Below are positions 28,362 through 38,295 of a DNA stretch of 61,996 bases, in pieces (position 1 is the stretch's first letter; the number at the start of each line of letters is the position of its first letter). Both the position numbers and the translations under genes were made by a program. Location of the stretch: IMG/VR virus record IMGVR_UViG_3300029705_000040, positions 102,209-164,204 of that record; one strand, 5' to 3'. Source of the DNA: a virus (lineage: Duplodnaviria > Heunggongvirae > Uroviricota > Caudoviricetes). The notes under the pieces were generated by a model. The model saw only the letters and a list, made by a program, of their open reading frames with translations, was not told the origin of the DNA and ran no database searches.

Positions 28362-29002
28362 CAGAATTAGATAAAGCTTTAGATGAGCTACTTTCAAATA
28401 ATGATTTCTCAACAGCTGTAGATAGCGGTGATTTAAATACTGTTTTAAAAATATTATTTAATTCTAGGACTTCTGGGATAGTTGAGCATTTTATAGATAT
28501 TATAATTAATGAGGATTCTGATTATTTTAATAGAAACTTACTTAATGATGCAACTAGATTATCACCAGATGATATAAGCAATAAATCTAACAGATACTCT
28601 GGATTAGATATTGATAATAAAAGATTCTCTGATAACTTAAAAATATTGCATGCTTTAAGATCAGTAATGATACCTGAAGGTAAAGCTGAAATAAACAGCG
28701 GTATGAAAGATACTGATTGCTATGTATATTTTTATACTACTGTAAATATATAGTTAAGTAAGTTGCAACTTTCGGAAACTTATTTGAGAATACCCTTTGT
28801 GGGTGGAGCTTTAACTTATGGGTATATAATTCCAACAGAGAATTGTTATTCTAAAGTTGCATATGGTGTTTTTCAAAACTTACCTAAAGAAGATCAACAT
28901 CAAATTGCTAGTTATTTATGTCAAAGTATAAATGCTTTCTATGATTTCGCTGTAGATACTGTAAGATCCTATTTAACTAGTAGAATTAAGGATAAGAAAT
29001 GA
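28358..29002 (+). CDS. Paralogue-array protein (1 TAG read as Gln)
   Basis: TAG 28751 joins ORF-track 28340 and 28763 in frame. Confidence 0.75.
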
Positions 29003-29613
29003 TTGACTTAGAAGATTTTATAATAAAGTATCATGCTCAAATAGATTCTGGTGATACAGAAACATTATGCGAATTAATAGAAGATAATTTATCTACTGAT
29101 GATGCTGCTGAATTTATAAATATGCTTTTAGAAGAAGATTTTGATATAATAAAACACTTGAAAGACATTTATCCAGTATCAAAAATATTTAATGAGTTTG
29201 TATTTATAGAAGATTTTCAAGAAAGTATTTATAATGATTTTATTAAACCACTAAATATTCCAGAAGATAGAGATGCTAAAAAATTTGGAAGATATTTGCT
29301 TAAGAATTATGCTAGTACTGGATTTGATATACATAATCCAAACAGCGTCAATGCTGGCGAATTAGTCGGTGATATTTGTGCATTACATATTGCACCATAT
29401 TTATATGAAAACTCACTATTTGCATTATTATGTGTAGAAGATGAAAAAGCTCAATCATTCGAGTTATTAAAATATTTTCCAAATAACACTATGTTAACTT
29501 TTTATAGTAAAATCGGCTATGGTTGTGATCCAGATAATATAGATAAAGAATTTGAAACATTACAAAAATAGATGAACGAGTTTGTTTCAAAATATAATGC
29601 AGAGAGTAATTAA
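28999..29613 (+). CDS. Paralogue-array protein (1 TAG read as Gln)
   Basis: TAG 29569 readthrough ends at TAA 29611, one base before the next ATG. Confidence 0.75.
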
Positions 29614-29614
29614 T

Positions 29615-30220
29615 ATGAGACTAACCGAATTTATAGATACTTATGCAGAGCTTATAGATTCTAAAAATACTTATGATCTTCTTTTTTATGCTAATATGAA
29701 CTTAAGTGATGAAGATATAAGTAAACTCACTAGAGAGCTTGACATACTAGGATTAAATATGCTTGAACACCTCAAAAAAGATAATGATGAGGTAAGATTG
29801 TTTAGTGATGATTTTACTTTAAGGGATTTGCAAGAGTATCTAAATAAAAATTTTAAACTAGAAGTAGATATAAGAGATTATTCTAAATATAACTTAAATG
29901 ATATGTTTGAGCTTCTAGAAAAATACCGAGATGATTTAGATATTACCATCTCACCTTCTAATTTAGAGCCATTTTAGTATATTGATCTATATTTAGATAA
30001 AATAATAATATCAGTGATTGTTACTGAAGATACACATTATATAAATGTGAGTTTTATAACAACCACAAATTTGTTTTATAAGATAAATCTAGATTTAGAG
30101 CATGATGCATTTTCATTAAACAGCGCAGTTGGTTATACTTTAAATAGAAATACTCTAAAAGATACTCTAGCTAGCGTGGCTGATGCATTAAAAGATTTCT
30201 TTAACTCACATTTAGCTTAA
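29615..30220 (+). CDS. Paralogue-array protein (1 TAG read as Gln)
   Basis: MRLTEFIDTYAELIDSKN; TAG 29975 joins ORF-track 29582 and 30014. Confidence 0.8.
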
Positions 30221-30232
30221 TAAGGATTAATT

Positions 30233-30856
30233 ATGACTATAGAACAATTTATAGAAAAATATGAAAACCTTTTAGATAGTAAACCATTAGATACAAAGCA
30301 TTTGTGTATTGCTATTTTAAGTGATTTAAGTGATGTCTATACATATGATTTCACTCAAATGCTTCTTGAGTCTAATGTTGATATTTTAAGTTGGTTAAAA
30401 CCAGATTTCAAAGAAGTAAAATGCTTTAATAGAGATTACTCAGTATTTAAATTTGATGATTATTTGATAGAAAATGCTTTTGTAACTTTAGATGAAGATT
30501 TTTATTCTAATTATAGTTTATTTAGTGTAATAAATTTATTAGATGACGCTAAAGCAAGTTTAAATTTACGAAATAACAGATACACAATGCCTGTTAGATC
30601 TTTTACTAATGCAAAATTTAAGTCTGGGTGTATAGGTATATTTAGGGATGATTCTAATTCTCCACCCTGTACTATTGTATTGCGTTTATAGGCTGATGAT
30701 CAAACAGTTTACGAGTTAGAGCAATCAATACCAACTAATGTTTTAAGATATCTTCCAGGAATTGGCTTTGGGCTAAACTTGCGTGAGCTAAGATAGTTAC
30801 TCATTGATTTAAATGATAAGATTACGCGCCTTATACAAACAAATTTAATAAGGTAA
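30233..30856 (+). CDS. Paralogue-array protein (2 TAG read as Gln)
   Basis: MTIEQFIEKYENLLDSK; readthrough ends TAA 30854 just before a terminator. Confidence 0.8.
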
Positions 30857-30862
30857 AAATGT

Positions 30863-30899
30863 GGACATGAGAAATTAAAAATTTATCTCATGTCCTTTT
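30863..30899 (+). terminator. Intrinsic terminator
   Basis: GGACATGAGA/TCTCATGTCC followed by TTTT. Confidence 0.7.
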
Positions 30900-30915
30900 A
30901 TTATGTAAAATGTGC

Positions 30916-30923
30916 GCTAAATT
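30916..30923 (+). promoter_or_regulatory. GCTAAATT putative late promoter
   Basis: GCTAAATTATTTG, 30 bp upstream of ATG 30953. Confidence 0.7.
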
Positions 30924-30952
30924 ATTTGTGCAATAAAATTTTGGAGAATATT

Positions 30953-31693
30953 ATGAAATTATTGAAAGAAGAATTTGAAATACATGAAACATTAAATAAA
31001 AAACTATTTGACGAAGATCATATTCTCCGCAAAGATGTAAGAAATACCTTAATGAAAATAGCTGACATGTTTGTAGGATCTATGCAAGAAGATCAAGTAC
31101 CACTAAAAGTATATGATTATTGGTTGGTGGGTTCTAATGCAGCTTATAATTATACACCAACTTCAGATATAGATATACACATTATAGTTGATATGGATAT
31201 GGGTGTCAATCCTTATATTCTTAGACTTCTTTATGATTATATCAAGAGCAGCTTTAATGATAAATATGATATTAAAGTAAAAGGCCACGAAGTAGAACTA
31301 TACTTAGAAGATATAAATACTAGCGCAGTGACTAATGGTATATATTCTCTAAAACAAAATAAATGGATTAAAGTTCCTATTCAAGAAGAGCCTAAGAAAA
31401 TAAATATAGAAGATTCTCAATTATATAAAGATGCATACAAAAAATATCAAGAATTAAAAGATGATGAAATCGAAAAATTTATAGATGATATGTATGTTAT
31501 GAGAAAAATAAGTTTAGCTAATGATGGTGAGTTTGGCGAAGGTAATTTAGTTTTCAAAGAATTCAGAAATAAAGGCTATCTTGATGATTTAAAAGATAGA
31601 AAATACGCTTATAAGAGTAAAGAATTAACTTTAGAGAAATTAGCTATTTCTTCTGCTACGCTTGATGGTGAGGAGACATGTAATGGATTTTAA
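30953..31693 (+). CDS. Pol-beta-superfamily nucleotidyltransferase with MKLLKEE start
   Basis: LVGSNAAYNYTPTSDIDIHII...HEVELYLED...EGNLVFKEFRN; true start after GGAG RBS. Confidence 0.8.
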   Translation: MKLLKEEFEIHETLNKKLFDEDHILRKDVRNTLMKIADMFVGSMQEDQVPLKVYDYWLVGSNAAYNYTPTSDIDIHIIVDMDMGVNPYILRLLYDYIKSSFNDKYDIKVKGHEVELYLEDINTSAVTNGIYSLKQNKWIKVPIQEEPKKINIEDSQLYKDAYKKYQELKDDEIEKFIDDMYVMRKISLANDGEFGEGNLVFKEFRNKGYLDDLKDRKYAYKSKELTLEKLAISSATLDGEETCNGF

Positions 31694-32318
31694 TAAAATA
31701 TTAAATGATTAGAAAGCTATTGATGCATTAGATCGAGAAAATTGGAGTATATTTTTTAATCAAATTAATTCTTTAGACTTATCGAGAGAAGATTTTTATG
31801 AAATACTTAAATTGATAGCATCTGAAGCATCCGATCAACTTTGTAATTGGGTTAACAATCTTAAAATCACAGTAACTAATTAGGATATCACATTTATTAG
31901 ATCACATTGGTCTTATGGAATTGAAATTACAGATATAACTATTTCCCATAAACTTAAATGGTTAACTTTTTTACATTCGGTTATGTTTTCCAACACAAGG
32001 TTTGGAGGATGGGCGGATAAGGATACTCGGGAAAAAATTCAAGGATTCTTTGACAAGAAATCCTTAGGAGATCCTTGTTCTGGAAATGGAGAGTTTTAGT
32101 CTATTTATTTATATGTTGAAATTCCTCTTGATAATTACTACAATCAAGTAGAATATTAGATACGGCTTTCAGAGCGGTATTACTTTAATGGATCATCTCT
32201 ATGCGGAGTTCCTAAACATCTTTTAAGTGATGTTATTAATCAGATTAATAAAAAAGTAGATAATTTAATAACTAAATTAATTGAAAAAATAAATCAAATT
32301 AAATATGAAAATAATTGA
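31683..32318 (+). CDS. Paralogue-array protein (4 TAG read as Gln)
   Basis: Absent from ORF track; MDFNKILND(TAG)KAIDALDRENW; ends TGA 32316. Confidence 0.75.
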
Positions 32319-32330
32319 AGGTAATTAATC

Positions 32331-32870
32331 ATGACTCTCGAACAGGCATTTGAAAATGATGAATTTAATTTAGCTCTAGATACTCATGATTTTCCTAAAG
32401 CATTTTCTTTTTTGGGTTATACGGATGCGGATGAAGAAAGAGAAAAGTTATTTTTACTAATTTAGGAAGAAGGTTTAAATCCTTTATCCGGATTTACTAT
32501 AATTCCTAAGCAGTTTTTAAAAACATGTTCAAAAATAATTGAGATCGAAATACCGAATAGCGTAACATTAATAGATTCAAGGGCATTCTGGTGTTGTCGA
32601 AGCCTGACAAGTGTAGTTATCCCTGACGCTGTAATAGAGATAAGTGATCAAGCGTTCTCTGAGTGTAATAAGTTAGAAGATGTAGTAATCCCTGATAGTG
32701 TAAAAATTATAGGTAGTGGAGCGTTCAAAAGTTGCTATAGGTTAGAAAGCATTAAGTATAATGGAACTAGAGAGCAGTGGAGAAATATATCCCACAGAGG
32801 TTCTATGTTCGGATATTCTAGTGAAGGTTGGAGTAAAATAATCTGCACAGATGGGGTTATTGAATTATGA
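32331..32870 (+). CDS. BspA-type LRR_5 protein with shared N-terminal module (1 TAG)
   Basis: IEIPNSVTLIDSRAFWCCRSL, VVIPDAVIEISDQAFSECNKL, VVIPDSVKIIGSGAFKSC; YNGTREQW cap. Confidence 0.85.
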
Positions 32871-33553
32871 CATTAGAACAATTTATAGATAAATATTTTA
32901 ATTATATAGATAACTTAAAATTTAAAGACTTACATAAGCAGTTAGTAGACTCAGAAGATATTTTTAAGTTAGAAGATAATGTAATTGAAAATCTGAACAA
33001 ACTATTAATAGAAGAAGTTGGAATTGGCTTATTGTACGAAGCAGAAGAAGACTCTAATTATGTTATTATAAAGAATCAATATTGCGAAGATTTATGTACA
33101 CGAAATAACAGCCCGTTTGTTTATAAATATACAAACAGAATAGATAAGAGCAGAAGTACTTTAGCTTTGTTTAATGATCTAATTGATTCTGATATTCATA
33201 CATTGTTCGATTATATTGTAGATTCTGATAATGATAAAATTAATGTATCTGACGCTAGAAGCATATTAGGTGATTATTCCAAAACCAAATCTTTAGAATT
33301 ATCTATGGATTACAGTGGTGGATTATTTTAGATAGTCTTGAGTTTTCTTTTTACATATGACGATTATGGAAATTTTAATCCTAGTATAACAAATAACATC
33401 TGCTTTATTATTAATTTACCGCAAAGTTTCGGTTACAGTTTTAGTAAAAGTTACTACGACTCGGCTGAAAATACTTATGCTATAAATGATACAGCGATTG
33501 ATACTTTAATAAAAGAGATAGATAAAAGAGTTTTAGGAGCACTAAATAAATGA
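32867..33553 (+). CDS. Paralogue-array protein (1 TAG read as Gln)
   Basis: MTLEQFIDKYFNYIDN; TAG 33329 joins two ORF-track pieces. Confidence 0.8.
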
Positions 33554-34107
33554 AATTAGTAAATTGTTTTAATAATGATACATTTATTGCGAATTTAGAC
33601 GCTCACAATATAGGTACATGCTTCTTCATAGTTGATATAGAAGATAGATATAAATTCTTTTCTCTTTTATTAGAAGATTCTGAAACTTCTGAAGAAGTTA
33701 AACAATGGCTTATCGATAATATCCATGAAGCAGATATATCAATGTTAAATACTACCCCAGATTGGCAGCATGAGTATTCTATAATTGATAGGAAAGTTAT
33801 TAAGACTGTAAATATATTAATTTCACTTAATTATGCTTTATTGAAAAATTATAAAGAAGTTGCTGATTATAAAATAGTAGATGGCAAAGTTTTTGATACA
33901 CCAATAGATAATATAACATTATCGATAGATGATCTAAATGTACCAGATCGCTTAACTGCATGTCTTTTTGGAAAAGATTTTATATATTGTGAGTTTGCAG
34001 ATGTGGTAACAATAGATATACATAATATGACAGATGATGATTTCTAGATAGAGTGTGTTAATTTTTTGAATACGTTTATTAAAGTTTTAGCTGCTGGATT
34101 ATTTTAA
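33550..34107 (+). CDS. Paralogue-array protein (1 TAG read as Gln)
   Basis: NDTFIANLDAHN aligns with DEMFIQNLDNQN of 22654. Confidence 0.75.
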
Positions 34108-34121
34108 GGGTATGATGACAT

Positions 34122-34535
34122 ATGAAATTTAAACTAGTAGAAAAATTTACAATAGAAGCGTGGCAAATAAAAGATGATGTTGTGATAAAAGGGACACTTT
34201 TTAAAGCTAATATTGAGTTAAATAATTAGCAATTCTTTTCATTCGATCAACCTGATGGAAAAGTTTATTGGATAAAAGGGTTAGATAATTGCTGCATAAT
34301 ATTTAAAGCTATCACACCTACTATTAATCCTGGCTTTATACATCAAGAATTTGAAAGAGAAATCCAAAAATATAAACCTATAACAGAAGCTAGTTTTACA
34401 GCATATGTAGATGCTAGAGGTGAGTTTGCTATTGAATTAGATTCTATTTTACATAATAAAGAATTTAAGTCTTTTGCTAGAGACTTGAAATTAACTATAG
34501 AAGATTATTATATATAGCCGGATGATGATTATTGA
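34122..34535 (+). CDS. Hypothetical protein with MKFKLVE start (2 TAG)
   Basis: Absent from ORF track; ATG 34122 to TGA 34533. Confidence 0.7.
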
Positions 34536-34553
34536 TGCAAAAGGAAATTATAG

Positions 34554-35561
34554 ATGAAATTATTAGAAAAAATAGATTTAGATTCTTTAATAGATTAGAA
34601 TATACATCTTATAGATACTGGTGATTTTGAAAAATTTTATGATATATGTAAAGCATAGCTTAAGCGAAAAGATTTAATTCTTCTTACAGATTTATTAGCA
34701 GAAGAAGGTATCGAATTACCATATTCTATTACAGGGTTTTTGTATGGAGTAAAAACATCAAGTCATACTTTAGCTTTAAGAGCACTTATTAGTCCAACAA
34801 TGTATAATGTAGGTTTCACATCAAATCAAGGTATGAAAGGTGGACATCAGATTGGCTTTGAGTCAAGAAAAGCTGCTTAGAATTATATAGATAACAATTT
34901 TGGTTCTGCTAGAGTATCGATAATTCTTCCAGAGACTGTTGCAGGTTATAATTGGAAATAGATAGAAATTCCAGGCAGCATAGCATTTGCAACAACATCA
35001 GCTATAAATTCTTTCGAACCATATATGGATCCAGATCAAAAGAAAATAAGCAGATTAAAAAATAGATATACTAATGAAATAAATAAACTTGAAAAAGAAA
35101 TCACAGCACCTGAGGAAACAGAAGATGTAAGAAATTTAACTGCTGATAAAAATACAGCTATCGCAGAAGAAATGTTAGAAAAATTAAGAAAATATGTTGA
35201 GAATACTCCGGAAGAATATTTTGTAGATCCAACCCCTGTGCGTCGTGAATTGTCTTTACTAGATGTTAAATATTTAATATCATATTGCATATCTGTCTTC
35301 CGTGATGATATACGCATTAGTTTATATATAGAATTTAATTCTGATAAATTTGCTAAAAAATTCGAGTCAGGACTTAAAAAAGTCTTTCTAGATAGCATTT
35401 ATTCGATTGAGTTTAGACGAGAGTTTGTAAATGCTAACAAATACTGGATAAGAATATCAACCCCATACCTTATAGACTCGACATCACCAGAAGCGCTTGC
35501 TATAATAGATAAGAAAACTAAAAAAGTAGAGTTGCTAAAACAAAAATTAGCAGCTATATAA
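34554..35561 (+). CDS. Paralogue-array protein (4 TAG read as Gln)
   Basis: MKLLEKIDLDSLID(TAG)NIHLIDTGDFEKFY...LAEEGIELP; in frame with ORF-track 35025. Confidence 0.75.
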
Positions 35562-35581
35562 TATGAGAAGGAAAAATAACA

Positions 35582-36955
35582 ATGGCGGATAAAAATATTA
35601 ATGTTATTTTATTAAATAGACATGATACCGATGATAACTGGGCTAATTCTAAATATCAACCTAGAAATGGTGAAATCATTGTTTATGATAATTCAGGTAG
35701 GCTAAAAGTTGGTAATGGGAGTGCTACTCCAGATCAGCTTCCATTCCTTGATAAAAACTATTATTTGACATTGAATGGTAATAGACTTATTTTTTCTAAT
35801 GATGGGGTTGGTGCTGTAGCAACCGATATAACATTACCAGATAATGATACTCTTTATTATGCTAAAGCAAACGGTGGCTTAGTCTTAGATTCTGATACAA
35901 AAGAATTTAGTCTAGGTAATAGCGGTGTAATAGCAGGAACTTATGAGCCTGACTCAACAAAACGAACACCACAGCCTGGTGGAATATTTACTGTACCTAG
36001 ATTTGTTGTAGATAGTCATGGTAGAATTACAGAAGCTGGAACTGTTGATATAACTCTTCCTATAGATAATGACTCAAAAGCATCTTCTGGAGATACTTCT
36101 GAGAAAATATATCTCATAGGTACAGCTGAACGCTCAGAAAGTGGTCGAATAACTTACTCATATGAAAATGCTTATGTGCAAGATGGTTATGTTTACAGTG
36201 GTGGTAAAAAGGTTTTAACAGAAGAAACTACTTTAAGTAAGGGAACTGATTCTACTAGTACTGATGAGATCGGTCCTAGTGATTCATTTACTGCTGTTGA
36301 AAGTGTTGCTGTAGATAATCATAAAATAACTGAAACAAAAAAGACTTATACAATTAAGCCGGAAACTCAATTAAGCAAAGGTACTGCAGCAGAAACAGAT
36401 GGATCAACTTTAACTTTTGGTGGTGATTTAAGTGTTATGGATAACACAACTGTTTCTAATCACATTATTACTGATCATAAAGTAAAATATAAATTACCTA
36501 GTGAAACAGCTATAAGTACTTCTGATGCTACTGGAACCGCAGAAACGCCTGCTCATGGTGATTCTATTACTGTAGTCACAAATGTATCGAAAGGCACTGG
36601 TAGCCATAATATATCTGTTGAGAAAACTAGTATAACATTACCTACAGCACCAGGTGTCGCAGTTTCTGATAGTACTGCTGGAACATAGACACCAAAACAT
36701 GGTGGAACTTTTACAGCTATAAGTGAAATAACAGCTGATGGTCATGGTATAAAGAAAAAGACAACAACTTATACACTTCCAACAGAGACAACAGTAACTA
36801 TTAGCACAGCTAAAGCTGGTACAGCTACAGAGTTAACTCATGGAAACACTTTTGAAGCTATAACTGGAATAGAAGCATCTGGACATACTGTAACACCAAT
36901 TGTTACTACTTTCACGCTCCCATCAGGTGTAGACGATGGTGAGTTAACAGAATAA
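35582..36955 (+). CDS. Tail-fibre-like protein with five ~46-aa repeats (1 TAG)
   Basis: N-terminal HDTDDNW...PRNGEIIVY...LKVGNG anchor motif; repeats ending (Y/I/F)-x-(L/I)-(P/K); TAG 36686 lies inside repeat 4. Confidence 0.75.
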
Positions 36956-36984
36956 CTAAACATAAAATTAAATAATTAAAATAA

Positions 36985-37021
36985 TAACCTCTAGATAATA
37001 AGCTAAATTATTTAGAGGTTA
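36985..37021 (+). promoter_or_regulatory. Hairpin with GCTAAATT late motif in its loop and right arm
   Basis: TAACCTCTAGATAAT-AAGCTAA-ATTATTTAGAGGTTA; motif at 37002-37009. Confidence 0.65.
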
Positions 37022-37039
37022 CTTTTATGGGGGTATATT

Positions 37040-37651
37040 ATGAATAAAGCAGAAGCTGAAATATTGGAAAATTATCTTAAAGATGCTAAGTATTGCGAAG
37101 CTTTAGACAATAAGAAATATGGTAGATTATTCTAGTTAACTGACGAAGAAGACTTGCATTTACTTATTGAGCTTCTAGAAGCTGAGAATGAGGATATTCC
37201 AGAAGAATCTATTTCTGATTTATTTTCTGATTATAAAGATTTTATGTTAGACCGTAAATATAGCTGGGATGTATATTTTGATTTATTTATGGGTTTTCCT
37301 TATGAGCAGCAATATGATTTGAGAGATTATGATATTTCAAGAAATCTTTTAGATGATATAGCAAAAAGTCTGCACGAAGATAGAGTTTTCGATAATGTAA
37401 TTAATCATGCTGATAACTCAGATATCCCATATATAATGTCTATTTCAGCTAGAATAGTTGAAAACGATGATTTAATTATTTACTGCTATGTTATAAGCGA
37501 AACAGGCGAAGATTTAGTAGAATTAAAACGTGCTTTACCTACTTATAAATATTTCAAAGGTATACCATATGTAGGCTATGGTTATAATGAGTCAGCTATA
37601 AAGAAAATTATAGAAGCGGTGTTTACTAAAGTAGGAAGATATTTGGGGTAA
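37040..37651 (+). CDS. Paralogue-array protein (1 TAG read as Gln)
   Basis: ILENYLKDAKYCEALDNKKY...LLEAENEDIP; in frame with ORF-track 37154. Confidence 0.8.
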
Positions 37652-37655
37652 TCTT

Positions 37656-38294
37656 ATGCAATTAACTGATAAACAAAAAGAAGTATTAAATAGATACCTC
37701 ACAAAAGATGATTGGGTAAAAGCTTTAGATAGCAGAGATTATTCTGAGTTATTAAAATTAACAGCTACATATCATATAAATCTAGTAGCTTAGATGCTAG
37801 AAGAGCTAGAGTCACCAATACCTAGAGATGAGATAAGAAAATTATTTGTTGGCTTTACTGGGGTACATTTTGAGCCAGAATATGATAATATTGAGTATGC
37901 TGATATTTTAGTAGATGATACTAAGAGAAGAATTAAAGTTAAAATTCCTAAAGCAAAGCTAGAGAAAAATATTGATAAGTTAGTTAGAAGAAATATAATT
38001 GCTTATTATTCTTTTGCGTATGAAGATTCTCTAGATTATGTTGAAAATAAATATTTAGATGATATATGCACTGTTGTTAGTTATGTTTATGTAACAATAG
38101 GTGGTGATCTAGAATTTCATTTCGATTTAATAGATTCTAATGGTATAACACATGCTACTTTGCAAGATGAACATCCAGCAGCACCTTTCTTTATTGGTGT
38201 AAATGGAATTGGCTACGCTACAAACTTAGATGAAATAGTAAAATATGCGGAAAAGCTTTTTAAAGATTGTTTAAAAGTACTTTTGGAGGATTAA
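37656..38294 (+). CDS. Paralogue-array protein (1 TAG read as Gln)
   Basis: VLNRYLTKDDWVKALDSRDY...MLEELESPIP; in frame with ORF-track 37794. Confidence 0.8.
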
Positions 38295-38295
38295 T

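Noticed and set aside
30890-30952. ORF-track N-terminal extension of the nucleotidyltransferase
   Set aside because: It overlaps a terminator and the GCTAAATT motif; ATG 30953 has the GGAG RBS
34535-34624. ATG at 34535 as the start of the next gene
   Set aside because: That frame closes at TGA after 29 codons; ATG 34554 is in frame with the downstream ORF and gives the array module
22654-38294. Region of decayed pseudogenes
   Set aside because: The interruptions are always TAG, frames are preserved, and readthrough products end flush with the next start or a terminator; this is recoding, not decay
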